Below are positions 1 to 47,968 of a stretch of 64,000 nucleotides of DNA, in pieces. The notes beneath the pieces are model-generated. The model was not told the DNA's origin. It searched no databases and was given only the letters and a program-made list of their open reading frames with translations. The position numbers were made by a program, and so were the translations under genes. Within the stretch, counting starts at the first letter, position 1. Each line of letters begins with the position of its first letter. Source of the stretch: Squalus acanthias (Eukaryota); NCBI GenBank assembly GCA_030390025.1, contig CM059447.1, forward strand, positions 26,226,001-26,290,000. The letters are read 5' to 3'.

Positions 1-445
1 CAGCAGAGCTTGATTTTATTTACTGTCCATGCGTAGTAGAAAGTATTTGTACAACACACAACCTCTAAGTTTTTAATGAAAAATATCAGTCTTTCTTTGT
101 GAAATACAGTGACTGAAGACTTCTAAATGAATCCTTCTATATATTAAAAATGGTGCATTGGAGCCAACATGTATATAAATTAGTTGTGAATGCAAAATTT
201 ATTCTGATTAAGCACCAAAAGCTGTTCAGTTTAAAGCAGCAATGTATGAAATTGTAAGCCTGAAAATTTCTAAGTTTCTACAAATCTGGGCATGGCGTGT
301 GGAAATTCCAACTTTCTGTGAAGAAATTTTAAAACGGCGTAGAGTTTTAAGTATGAAATGGTCATTCATATGAAGGCATCAAAAGATGATCCAAGGTCTG
401 CTTTAGAAGTTAAATGTGATTTTTGTAAATGAATCGATAATTTAA

Positions 446-35247
<34,802 letters not shown>

Positions 35248-37002
35248 AGCCATTTCATAGTCAGCATGGCATGCCCTTCTCTGATTGAGCCTCTGAGGAT
35301 AAGAATGATTTCTGAACTGCTGACTTCGGATTCTCTCCTACCTTTTTTTAAACTGGCAAGTTATAAAGTCATATAAGCCATTGTCCTCTTGCGTCTTAAT
35401 TTTCTTTTGTCTCAACATATCGCACCCTGCAAATTGTATCCATACAATGGCTTTCCTAAAATGTCTTTGATAATCAAGTACTAATTTGAGCACATTTTGA
35501 CTGTTGAGATAGCACCTGAATTTGGTTTTCTCTGGAAACCGGGGTAAATTCCAGATACAATTAGGGTGGGATTGGGAGGAGTCTTGTGTATTTACTATGC
35601 ATGCTTACATGTACAAATAAACATGTATTCCCATATATAATTTTGTGGACAATGGCATAGAATTTATCATGTTATTAGTCTGCAGCTGACTGCTGCATAA
35701 AGACCAAACTGTGACCGATGTTGGATCTGCAGAAGCAAGTTTTATAATGAGGAAAGAGAAATTGAAATAAGTCTGTCGGGACTGCAGTATCTGGTTAGCT
35801 TGAGTGTGTTGAGTTAAGTGCAAGGACTGACCCAGACTGTATTAGTGCCAACATATTTTGAGTAACCAGTGATTACAGATCATAAACAGGATAGTAAATA
35901 ACCCAAATTTAGCTGCACAGAAGTATCCTTGAAATACCATCAGTCACGTGATGTAATTTCATTCACTTATTTGTATCATTTATAATATGCATTCACTCAT
36001 GTCACTCAAACTTCTTGAACTTAAAAACCAATTTTTTTTTCTTCAAATTGCTAGGGGGGACTTAAATCTAGCAATGGTCCTTGGTGTTCAGATAATTTGC
36101 ACAAATCATTTTGAAGTAAGTACAACTATTGGTGTTTAAAAGCTATACTGGAAGTCAACACGTTGTACTTTAAATGTGTTAATGGTGTTTGAACTATTCG
36201 ATGTTACTCTTGTTTTCCCATATACCATTGCCCTACATAGTGGACATCAGTATTTCAAACACTTTTTTTTTCTGATGGTGGTAATTTTACCCTTTAAATG
36301 TGGATGAAAACTTTTTTAATAGGATGGACCCAGCTGTATAATGGTATTTGGCCTTTTTGTATTGGACCATTCAAGACTTAAGCACTGAACACTAAGGCAA
36401 TGTTCTGGTTAGCCACAACCCCAGAATCTGATCCCACATTACTTCACTTCCAAATTGTTTTTTCAGCATCCCAAAATACACTTTTTTAGCTATGAGATGA
36501 TGTACACTTGGTCTTTGGAAATCCATGAAATAAATATTTGCACTGGTCTCCACAAGCTACCAGATGCTGCATGATTCAAAATCGTACAAATAGATTCATA
36601 TCAATCTTTGTCCTAACCAGAGTTGCATCTGAAGTTATATGAACAGAGATTTCAGAAAGTGCCTTAGACACGGCTTATAATTTGATTACAAGAGCAAGCA
36701 TCACAGTTGAAACTGATGTAGTACATTTATGCTGAGTATGTAACCATTAAAATGGTTTTCTATATTCGCTGTAGCTGCAGCTGTGCTTCATGCCTTGTGC
36801 AACCCCTGTGATCAGAATATATCGGGGTTTAACTCAGTGTTATTGAATATGTACCTTGAGCCTTCTGTACCAAGCAGGAATTTCTTCTGGTTTAAAGCTT
36901 TAACATCTGTTTGAAGTATTTTTACTGTACTGGCTGTTGACCACCAGGTGCTGTCGTTCTCATACCTTTGTATACCTGTATTTCTAGACAGCTATACCAT
37001 TC

Positions 37003-37062
37003 AATAAAGATTCCTTTGGAAGCAACAATTTTTTTAATAAAAAAACCAATAAACTTATTAAA
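37003..37062 (+). promoter_or_regulatory. MYH10 polyadenylation signal cluster (3'UTR approx. 35248-37080)
   Basis: AATAAA at 37003, 37036 and 37048, ATTAAA at 37057, with upstream TGTA motifs and a downstream T/GT-rich tract (ttttgttccgtgttct). Confidence 0.75.
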
Positions 37063-37667
37063 CGTAACATTTTGTTCCGTGTTCTACTTTTAGATTTAAC
37101 AACTTTTCCCTGTTTAAATTCATTTTTGGCTGTCTTTCACCTTTTCCAATAAGTCTGGTGGGTTAATTGTATTTTTTTTTTTAAAAACCTGAGCTGAGTG
37201 CATGATCAAAACAAATAGGCAATTGCTAATTTAAATATATAAATTAGTGATTTTAATTGGACTTTGCAGATACTTGACACATTGAACTTAATCTTTTGGA
37301 GATTTCAGCCCGACTGCATACCCATCTTTGTAGCCCAGTTACTATACCACCCCTCTTCTCTTCCCCCACCCCCCCAAAAAAAAGTATTCTTTCTAAAATT
37401 TAAATTTAGAATTAAAATGGGGGGGAAATATGATGTACAATGAAAGGAATATTCAACCTAATTAAGTTACCAATCTATAGAAAAGACTGCTATCGTTCTC
37501 CTACAGAATAGATATGGAGACTATTTTTTTCCCCCTCTTATTAAAAACATATGTTTTGTTACACCATGTCCTGACTGGCTTGTGTCCCAGTATTTCAACA
37601 GACTGTTGGCATTAACACTGTCTCCAGGAATAAAATGCACTCCATTTGCTCTTATTTCCCAGTAGAG

Positions 37668-37880
37668 GTCCCTGGTGGATCAGTGGGATAAATGAAGTGC
37701 ACAGACCAGGAGGGTCCCTAATGATCTTTGCTTGGTACAAAGTTAATTGATCTTAACCAGAACAGCTTGGCCTCTTCCTAAAGTGAGAAAAGAAAAATCA
37801 GCCAGAGTTCCCACTCCTGCTTGTTCTCTAGTGACGTACTTAAGTGTGGGTGTTGGCGAAGGGCAAAGTTGAACTCTATT
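37668..37880 (+). mobile_element. LF-SINE-like remnant
   Basis: acagaccaggagggtccc...gaaaaatcagccagagttcccactcctg resembles the LF-SINE consensus as recalled; related minus-strand remnants at ~3740-3920, 8190-8250, 24518-24605 and 33990-34110. Confidence 0.55.
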
Positions 37881-38924
37881 GTTACTCCCCCTGTTCTGTA
37901 TGAAGAGCCTGTCCCTAGCCAGCCCTATGCATGAAGAATGTCTATTGGGGCAAGGTTAACGAGCTGCCTACGCCTGTGCAATTGTATCCTTGCAGCAATT
38001 GCTGTCTTCAGGAAAAAAACTGAACAGACTTGACTTAAAACTTGAGAGTAATGAATTTGGATAAAATATTTTAGGAAGCCACTCTGCACATTGGTTTGAA
38101 AGAGCACCTAGCTGGAGGTTGAAGGTTCAGTGAATTTGTGCTGCAAAGAGATGATGAAAGGCAACTTTCTTCTTCCCTTGAGGAAAAAGTAAACCTCAAG
38201 CTATATGAAATAGAAATTTAGCTGGGCATTGAGTAAAAGGAAATTGGTTAATATCTTGAGTTTCACTTGGTTTATAGTCTCTCACTCTAGTTATAGCCTT
38301 TATCCCAAAAATGATCAAACTGTAGCATGGAGTGCTGGCAAATGAGTCTTCAAGCCCAAGCAAATCAATCCTATTTGCTCTTCCAGTTTTTATTTGCTGG
38401 GTTCTGCTGTTTGACTAGTGCGGAGCTGGAAGCTTGATACTCTGCTGGATAATTCTAAATCTGGACAAGAGGCTTGATCTGGATCAGCAGATTGAAATCG
38501 ATGCAAATCATGAGAACATGGACTTTATACATGAGGCTAAAGTTATTCAGACACCTCTGCTTTATGTATTTTAGTATCTTTTATATACCTCTAAGATTCC
38601 CTTGACCACCTTCCTAGATTGTAGAACTTGAGCTTGTCTAAGTTAATGCTTCAGACGTACAGACCTTCAACAGAGCTGCAAGAGCATTTTTAATGGAATC
38701 TGGACAAAGAGGAGAGCAAGGAGGAGGGGAAAACACAAGGAAATGTTGGTGGATTAACCTGCTTAATTAACTGGCTTAAACGAAAAGAGAAATGGAGATG
38801 GCCAACAGATCTTTACAATGGGAAAACAGGAAGTATTTCAAAAACAAACTATTAGTGAAACCAAGAATGCTTAAATAGCTAAAGCAACCCAAGGAAGAGA
38901 AGAAAATACATTGAAAATAGATCT

Positions 38925-39621
38925 GGGGGTAGAGTTTCCACTTTGGACGCAATCTGGGCGCAAATTGTGCTCGAAATTGCACTGGTTTTCCAAATTGATT
39001 TTATTCAAGTTTCCGCTCGCACTCAATTGCATAATCACAATCGTAAAATCTTCCATCAACCAATGGCAATCCAGCAATGTTTAGACCGTATTTGTTTATT
39101 TTTTCCCCTGCATTAAAAAATATTCCTTGATGTATTTAAGAGTGGTAACTTGGTGCAGTTTTATTAATACAGCTGAAAATGGGTTTATCACAAAAAAGCA
39201 TTTTTAATCAGTGTCCAGTCCACCACCGGTGAGTAATCTGATTTTGAGTAACTGAAAATGACGTTAAAAAAATCTAGAGAACCATTTACTCGTTTCATTG
39301 GGGTAGTCAGTTTCTTGGTTTTTAAATATTAAAAAATATTTAAAAACTATTAAACAATGCTTACTAGTGCCTTTGCACTTATAAAGAAACAGCGTCTTCG
39401 AAGGGCCGCAAATTACCGGAACTCGCTGTTGATTAATTTGATTTGGGGGCGTGGCCAGTTTTGGGGGCAGGGCCAGTTCCCAGCACAGTTTTTTAAACCA
39501 GCATAAAACATTGCAGAAACTCGATTTGCGCTGGATGTAACTTGCTGTTGAAATTCCTTGATCTTTTACACTGGTTTGGCTGACTTCAGGCGAGTTGTGC
39601 TCCAGCAGAAACTCTACCCCC
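38925..39621. mobile_element. MITE with 14-bp perfect TIRs
   Basis: GGGGGTAGAGTTTC ... GAAACTCTACCCCC; CpG-rich ends, AT-rich centre. Confidence 0.75.
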
Positions 39622-40229
39622 AAGTCTCCAGTCAAAATTGGAGAAAATAAGGTGGGGGTCTACTGACCCTGAAAAGAGATGGGTAAGAGAAACAGACCCA
39701 CACCAAGGATGTTCTTTGTTTCTCTAATGTCTTTCATTTCTTCAATGCTTCTTTCTATTGTCTGGTGTAAAGATTGTCATCTACCGAGCTCCTGGTTTTC
39801 CTTTAAGCAGGTTCCAGGTCATTCATGCCATTGATATTTCCAAGTTTTTCTGGCCTCCCCTTTATTAAACTGCTCGTTCAGTTTTCCTGATCTGATAACT
39901 TGTTGAATGTTAACTTCTCTGTTCTCTCCACAGATACTGACTGACCTTCTGGGTTTTTTTTTTTATGTTCACCATTTTCACTTTTAGGATTTTTGATTTA
40001 GAGTTTGTCTAATGCTTCCTTATTCAAAGTACCATGTGGGATCATTCTTGTTGCTGTCCTCGCCACCCTCTTCAATGCAGGTATGTAGCTTTTGAAATGT
40101 AAACAAATACAATTGTGGTCTGCTGAGTGAATTATAACATCTCTAGATTTGTATCACACTGTTCTACTTGTGCACCTCTACTTTTATTTTCTTAATTGCT
40201 GCTTCACATTGTCTGATTGTGATCATTGT

Positions 40230-40745
40230 GCTAATTCTATTATGTTTTTCTTCCACTATGCAATACTTTACATTTGTCAGTATTGAATTTAATTTGGCAT
40301 TTTGTTTGTGCAATTTCATAAGTGATCTGTATCTTTCTCCAAATTATTAACTGAATTCTTTCACTACTGCTCCTTACTTTGATGTCTGCTAATTTAACAA
40401 GCTTGGAATTGCTTACTGCATCCATGTCTTTTATGATTGGTCCCTCAAGCACTAACCACTGCAGTATTTGGCTCAAGATCTCCTCACTAAGATATATCCT
40501 ATCATGTGGGCCTTTGACAAAGGCTGGCTAAAAATGCTAATCAACAATATCATAGGCAGCTCACTATCTACTTTATTTGAAACTTCCTCAAAAAATCCTA
40601 TTTGACAGAGTTTTTATTGCTGGCTATTTCTTATTAAACGATTGATGTTTTTAAGTATTCCTCCAGTCTACCCACAATCGTTCTCATAGTTTTGCCAGAG
40701 ATTAATGATAGGCTTGAAGTAATAGTTTTGTGTCTGCTCTTTTTA
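40230..40745 (-). mobile_element. Highly degenerate CR1 fragment
   Basis: Remnant QIKFNTDKCKVLHSGRK and other decayed RT motifs on the minus strand. Confidence 0.5.
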
Positions 40746-41875
40746 AAACCCCAAATCAATGTTGTCTGGATTTGACTTTTGTTTAGGCTCCATCATTATA
40801 AACAGTAATTAAACTATACTTTGATTATAAATTAGAGACACTGTGCTCACAATTGAAGGGCTCTAATAATATTTTGTAGGTATTCATTTGCTAAAGTTAA
40901 ACACATGCCGATCTCCAAGCATGTTTGTGTAGAGCTGAATAATGCTGTTTTATTAGCGGTCATGTGGTATATGTGGTCACATTTAAGATACTGATTTCAT
41001 ATGATTTTATTGTCTAGTTTAACCTAATGCCTGAAAGTTACTGTGCTTTGTTCATTCTATGGCTCCTTGCAAAACATTTGATTACGGGGGGGGGCCCATT
41101 AGATACAAAGAAGGTGATATATGCTTAGAGGCGCAGGGCAAGGCTAGAATACTCAAAGTACTTTGTATCGGTGTTTACTAAGGAGGTGGATGCTGACAAA
41201 ATATCGGTAGAAGTGGAAAAGGTAGAAGCAATGGAAGGGGTGAAAATTGATAGACAGGATGTACTAGAAAGATTGGGTATGCTTAGAGTGGACAAGTCGC
41301 CTAGTCCAGATGGCTTGCATCCCAGGCTGCGAAGGGAATTGGGGGAGGAGATAGCGGAAGGGCTTGCCATAGTTTTCCAATCTTCCCTAGATGCGGGGGA
41401 GCTGCCTGAGGATTGGAAAGTGGCAAATGTGACACCATTGTTCAAGAAAGGGTGTAAGGACAATCTTAGTAACTACAGGCCGATCAGTTTAACATCAGTG
41501 GTGGGTAAAGTTTTAGAAACAATAATCAAGGAAAAAATTAATGGCCACTTGGAGAGGTTTAAGCTAATTAAGGAGAGCCAACACGGGTTTGTAAAAGGCA
41601 AATTGTGTTTGACGAATCCAATTGAATTTTTTGATGAAGGGAATGAAATGGATGTTGTCTACATGGATTTTTGGGAGGCGTTTGACAAAGTACCACATGG
41701 AAGGCTGGTTAACAAAATTGAGGCCCATGGAATAGGTGGGTCAGTGGCAGCTTGGATAAGGAATTGGCTTAAGGACAGAAAACAGAGAGTTGTGGTAAAT
41801 GGCTGTTCTTCAGACTGGAGGATGGTAGACAGTGGTGTTCCCCAAGGGTCAGTGCTGGGGCCACTGCTTTTTTTG

Positions 41876-41899
41876 ATATATATATATATATATATATAT
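41876..41899 (+). repeat. (AT)n microsatellite inside CR1 RT
   Basis: About 12 AT units expanding the LIYIND codons. Confidence 0.9.
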
Positions 41900-42242
41900 C
41901 AATGACCTGGATATTAGAATACAGAGTAGAATTTCTAAATTTACCAATGACACCAAACTTGGGGGTGTGGCAAACAGTGATGATACCAATCGACTGGAAC
42001 AGGACATAGAAAGGCTAACAGAATGGGCAGACAAGTGGCAGATGGAATTTAATACAGAAGTGTGAGGTGATGCATTTTGGCAGAAGGAACAGGGAGAGGC
42101 AATATACACTTAATGGCACAGTTTTAAAGAGTGTGCAGGGACAGAGGGACCTGGGAGTTAACGTGCATAGGTCCCTGAAGGTGGCGGGACATATTGAGAG
42201 TAGTTAACAAAGTATATGGGATCTTGGGCTTCATAAATAGAG

Positions 42243-43053
42243 TCATAGAGTTATACAGCACAGAAAGAGGCCCTTTGGCCCATTGTGTCTGCACCGGCCA
42301 TCAAGTCCTATCTATTCTAATCCCATTTTCCAGCACTTGGTCCGTAGCCTTGTATGCTATGGCGTTTCAAGTGCTCATCTAAATGCTTCTTGAATGTTGA
42401 GGGTTCCTGCCTCTACCACCCTTTCAGGCAGTGAGTTCCAGATTCCAACCACCCTCTGGGTGAAAAAGTTTTTCCTCAAATCCCCTCTAAACCTCCTGCC
42501 CCTTATCTTGAAACTATGCCCCCTGGTTATTGACCCCTCTACTAAGGGGAAAAGTTCCTTTCTATCTACCCTATCTATGCCCCTCATAATTTTGTACATC
42601 TCAATCAGGTCCCCCCCTCAGCCTTCTCTGCTCTAAGGAAAACAACCCCAGCCTGTCCAGTCTCTCTTCATAGCTGAAACGCTCCAGCCCAGGTAACATC
42701 CTGGTGAATCTCCTCTGCACCCTCTCTAATGCAATCACATCCTTCCTATAGTGTGGCGACCAGAACTGCACACAGTATTCCAGCTGTGGCCGAACTAGCG
42801 TTTTGTACAGCTCCATCATAACGTCCCTGCTCTTGCCTTCATTAGCCGAGGCATAGAATATAAGTATCCCATATGCCTTCTTAACCACTTTATCTACCTG
42901 TCCTGCTGCATTCAGGGATCTATGTACATGCACACCAAGGTCCCTCTGATCCTCTGTCCTTCCTAGGGTCCTACCATTCATTGTGTATTCCCTTGCCTTG
43001 TTAGTCCTCCCAAAATGCATTACCTCACACTTTTCAGGGTTAAATTCCATTTG
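42243..43053 (-). mobile_element. CR1 LINE 3' fragment nested antisense in another CR1
   Basis: ORF 42601-43050 MEFNPEKCEVMHFG...LVRPQLEYCVQFWSP...; 3' tail ...gctgtataactctatgactct at the left junction. Confidence 0.88.
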
Positions 43054-45402
43054 GTATTGAGGTATTGGGTATTGAGTACAAAAGTAGAGAAGTTATTCTG
43101 AACCTTTATAAAGTGCTGGTTGGGCCACAACTGGAGTATTGCGTCCAGTTCTGGTCAGCACACTTTAGGAAGGATGTGAAGGCCCTTGAGAGGGTGCAGA
43201 GGAGATTTACCAGAATGGTTCTGGGGATGGGGATCTTAGCAATAAGGACAGGTTGGAGAAGCTGGATTTGTTTTCATTAGAGCAAAGGAGGTTGAAGGGT
43301 GATTTGATAGAGGTGTACAAGATTATGACGGGTTTGGATAGGCTAGACGGTGAAAGGCTGTTCCCACTAGTTGATGGTACAAGGACTAGCGGGACACAGA
43401 TTTAAGGTTTTGGGCAAGAGATACTGGGGAAAACTTTTTTACGCAGCGAGTGGTGATGACCTCTAATTCGCTGCCGACGGAAGTGGTGGAAGCAGAGAGA
43501 CACAATATTTTCAAGGGGAGACTGGATAGGCACTTGAAGGAAATAAACTTGCAGGGCTACGGGGCTAGAGCGGGGGAATGGGACTGACTGGATTGCTCTA
43601 CAGAGAGCCGGCACGGACTCGATAGGCCGAATGGCTTCCTTCTGTGCTGTTATGACTCTATAGCTTTGTGAGTAATAAGCATTTGATCACATCCGCCATT
43701 ATTTACAGAAAGAGAAGCTTATGGTAACTAAATATTTGAAAGTATTTGATTTTAGTGCTTGGTTTCCAAATGACTTGTTGCTTAGTTAGATTAGTAGAAT
43801 AATCCAGATATTGTGCCGGTACTCTGAGAAATGCAATACTTTTTAGAGATCACTGAAGTTGTGCGAGTCCATCTTCAAGAAGTGCTATGTGAAACATTTG
43901 AACTACGTACTATTACAGATGAGCAGTCTGCTATGTAATCTGCTGCCATTCCAATGATTCTCTTGCTCAAATTGAGGTTAGAGGGAGTTGCCCCTGGAGT
44001 GCCCTTTACGCTTCCTAGTGCTTGATATTGCACGGCGCTGGGTGAGACCTGGGAGCAGGTTGGCATCTTTCAGGGGCAGGGCAGAGGAGGGAGAAAAACT
44101 CTGAGTACAAGATAACATCCTTCGTGAGTGGCTGATGGTGAATAGTGTCAAGAGTTGACCTAGTTCAATTCTGCGGCCATCAGCTTAAATCATTTTAGTT
44201 CTCATGTAGCTGAAATGGCCTTTAGGACTGGTTTTCACCCACGTGCCATTTTTCAATCCTCAAAGAAAAGTTAAAAGAAAAATTTCAGGAAAAAAATGGA
44301 TATAGAAATGTTAAAATGCACTATATTGGTGAAAAAAGTGGTTAAAATAATCAGAATGGGAGAAGGGAGACAGCAAGCAGAGTAAAATGTTTAAAATCTT
44401 TGTTTTTATTTAAGGTTGTTTTATTATTTGATTGTTTCAAAGTATTTTAGTTATATTTGGCAAATATTACAACAATCAAGCTAGGTTGTGAGCTGAAAGT
44501 TTTAATTACTAGCTGGCCCAAGAGACTGGAAATTCTCAGAGCTGTTGGTAGCCCAAGGTTTAATAGTAGCACAGGGCTAGTCGTCCTATATTTGACTTTC
44601 AGCATATCTGCCATTGGATTGACATGAATACAATGTTAAAAAGTAATTCTTGGGTATAACTAAAATCCAGATTTTGCATCATAAATTGAACTATAAACAC
44701 TAACACAGCACAGTCTCTGTATAAAGATAGCCTGATGAAAATAGAAATTTTTTGTGGCTTTGTGTTTTCTCGTATAAAGATCTTCCTTCCTCTACCATTT
44801 GTCGCTCTTAAAAGGTTGTCTTGCACCTGCACCTTTTCATATCTCTGTCATATTTGAAGTTTATGGTCTAGGTAAACCTCACCCTTTATGTCTTGCATTT
44901 CTATTAGTTTCTGTTTTAAAGTTGTTTTCTCCCTCTCGCTCAATCAAGGAAATGGCCACTTGAAAGGAAGGACTCTACCAGGGCCACTCTGGCAGAAACA
45001 ACTAACTTGGATTTATGTTATGTTCCAAATGCTTCACGTTCAATGAATTACTGAGGTGTAGTTATTGTAGGCTCATGGCAAGGTCCCATTAACAGCCATC
45101 AGCTGAATGACCAGTTGATCTGTTTATGGTGGGTTTTGTTGAATATTGGCCAGGATACTGTTAGCACACCCTGCTCCTCTTCAACTAGTCTCAATGGGTT
45201 CTTTAACTTCCACTTGAATGAGCAGATAGTGTCTGACAAGTTGTTCAACTGTGGGTGCCATTACAGTCTGTTCTTGCCTCCTTTTCCTGAAGTATTTCCA
45301 AATCTATATTAAAATCACAACAGGTACACAGAAAGGTGGAAGCACACCTGGCTTCCTCTTAACACCTCTTCCTCCCACCAGTATCAGAGGCTTCGAATGT
45401 GA

Positions 45403-47968
45403 GTCTCTCTCTTAGGCAGTCCCTCGGAACCGAGGATGACTTGCTTCCACATTAAAAATGAGTTCGCAGGTGACTGATGAGTCCAATGCGGGACCTACAG
45501 TCTCTGTCACAGGTGGGGCAGACGGTGGTTGAAGGGGCGGGTGGGTGGGGTGCTTGAGTTGACGTGCGCTGCTTGCGCTGTTTGCGCTTGGCTTCCGCTT
45601 GCTCCCGGCGAAGAGACTCGGTGTTTGGCGCCTTCCTGGATGCTTCTCCTCCACTTTGTGCGGTCTTGGGCCAGGGGTTCCCAGGTGTCGGTGGGGATGT
45701 TGCACTTTTTCAAGGAGGCTTTGAGGGTGTCCTTGAAGCGTTTCCTCTGCCCACCTGGGGCTCTCTTGCCGTGCTGGAGCTCCGAGTAGAGCACTTGTTT
45801 TGGGAGTCTCGTATCGGGCATGCGGACAATGTGACCCGTCCATTGGAGCTGATCGAGCGTGGTCAAAGCTTCGATGCTGGGGATGTTGGCCTGAGCAAGA
45901 ACACGGACGTTGGTGCGCCTATCCTGCCAATGGATTTGCAGGATCTTGCGGAGGCAGCATTGGTGGACCTCAAAGCACTGGAGAGGTACCATGTCTCTGA
46001 GGCATACAGCAGGGCGGGTATCACTGCTGCTCTGTAGACCATGAGCTTAGTGCCGGGTTTGAGGTCCTGGTCTTCAAACACTCTCTTCCTCAGGCGACCG
46101 AAGGCTGCACTGGCACACTGAAGGCGGTGTTGGACTTCGTCGTCGACGTCTGCCCTTGTTGACGGTAGGCTCCCGAGGTATGGAAAGTGGTCCACGTTGT
46201 CCAAGGCCTTGTCGTGGATTTTGATAATCGGGGGGCAGTACTGTGTGGCGGGGGCAGGTTGGTAGAGGACCTTTGTCTTACGGATGTTTAGTGTAAGGCC
46301 CATGCTCTCGTATGCTTCGGTGAAGATGTTGACGATGGTTTGGAGTTCGACCTCCGAGTGAGCGCAGACGCAAGCGTCGTCTGCATACTGTAATTCGACG
46401 ACAGAGGATGGGACGACCTTGGATCTGGACTGGAGGCAACGGAGGTTGAACAGTTTCCCATTTGTTCTGTAAATTAGCTCCACTCCAGCGGGGAGCTTAC
46501 TGAGGGTGAGATGGAGCATTGCAGCAAGGAAGAGCGTTGGTGCGATGACACAGCCTTGCTTGGCCCCGGTTCGTATGTGAATTGGGTCTGTGGTGGATCC
46601 GTTGGTCAGGATCACGGCTTGCATGTCGTCGTGAAGCAGGCGGAGGATGGTGACAAACTTTTGAGGGCAGCCGAATTTGAGGAGGACACTCCATAATCCC
46701 TCACGGTTGACAGTGTCGAAGGCCTTTGTGAGATCAAAGAAGGCCATGTACAGCGGTTGGTGCTGTTCCCTGCATTTCTCTTGTAATTGACGTGCAGTGA
46801 AGTTCATGTCCATTGTGACCCTTAGTGGGCGGAATCCGCATTGTGACTCTGGGAGGAGCTCTTCGGCCACTGGGAGAAGGCGATTGAGGAGGATTCTTGC
46901 GATGACTTTCCCTGTGGCAGACAGCAGGGAAACTCCTCTGTAATCACCGCAATCAGACTTGTCACCTTTCTTGAAGATTGTCACAATTACGGCGTCTCTG
47001 AAATCCCCTGGCATGCTCTACTCCTTCCAGATAAGAGAAATGAATTCGTGCCAATAGTGCTTCTCCGCTATGCTTTAGTGCCTCGGCAGGGATTCCATCT
47101 GCTCCTGAGGCCTTGTTCTTCAGTTGTCGGATGGCCTTTTCAACCTCATGCCGGGCTGGGGTTGTGCTGAGATGGTGGCAGGTAGCATGCTGCGGGATGG
47201 AGTTGAGGACACTCGCATCGAAGACAGTCGCGGTTAAGGAGATCTTCGAAGTGCTCCTTCCAGTGGGCACTGACTGCCTCTCCATCCTTGATGAGTACCT
47301 CTCCGTTCTTGGCCCGCAGTGGGGTAGGACCTTGGGTGCTTGGGCCGTAGGTGGTCCTGACTGTGCTAAAGAATCCATGCATGTCGTGGTTGTCAGCGAG
47401 CTGCTGGATCTCCTGTGCTTTCTCCACCCACCACCTGTTCTTTAGGTCGCGAGTTTTTTGTTGGACCTTGGCCTTCAGGTGTCTGTAGAGCTGCTTTCTT
47501 GCTGTCGAGTTCTGTTGCTGTTTCCAGATCAGGAATGCCTTGCGCTTGCGGCTTATTAGCTCCTGGTCGTTCTCGTCGAACCAGTCTTGGTGTTTCCTGG
47601 TCGAGTGACCGAGCGTCTCTTCACAGGTGTTGATTATGGAGGCCTTGAGTGCAGACCAGGCGCTGTGGACACTCTGTGTCTCTGCATCACTGGGAGTCGT
47701 CAGGTTGTTTGAGGCGCAGGCTGAATAGGGCTTTCTTAGCAGGGTCTTTGAGTGCTCCAGCATTGATTTTCCTGCGGCATTGTTTCTGTTGCCGCCGCTG
47801 TTTTGGGGCTACATTGATGGAGATGACAGAACGGATTAGGCGGTGGTCTGTCCAGCAGTCGTCAGCTCCTGTCATGGCGCGGGTGATGCGGACGTCCTTG
47901 CAGTCCCTTGCTCGGACGATGACGTAGTCCAGCAGATGCCAGTGCTTAGAGCGAGGGTGCTGCCATGA
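45403..47968 (-). mobile_element. RTE-clade (BovB-like) LINE, 5'-truncated, frameshifted
   Basis: APE C-terminal motifs (WQHPRSKHWHLLDYV, CWTDHRL); RT motifs FKKGDKSDCGDYRGVSLL, ESQCGFR, FFDLTKAFD, KQGCVIAP, LQYADD; RTE C-terminus GHIVRMPDTRLPKQVLY; GC/CpG-rich. Confidence 0.92.

Larger units (their letters stand above)
41086..43661 (+). mobile_element. CR1 LINE fragment (host of a nested antisense CR1)
   Basis: ORF 41171-41905 has DWKVANVTPLFKKG, NYRPISLTSVVGK, SQHGF and GVPQGSVLGP; resumes after 43053 (IEYKSREV...LEYCVQFWS); CR1 tail. Confidence 0.9.

Noticed and set aside
36047-36075. 8-bp hairpin (attgctag/ctagcaat) in the MYH10 3'UTR
   Set aside because: Too short to distinguish from chance without conservation data.
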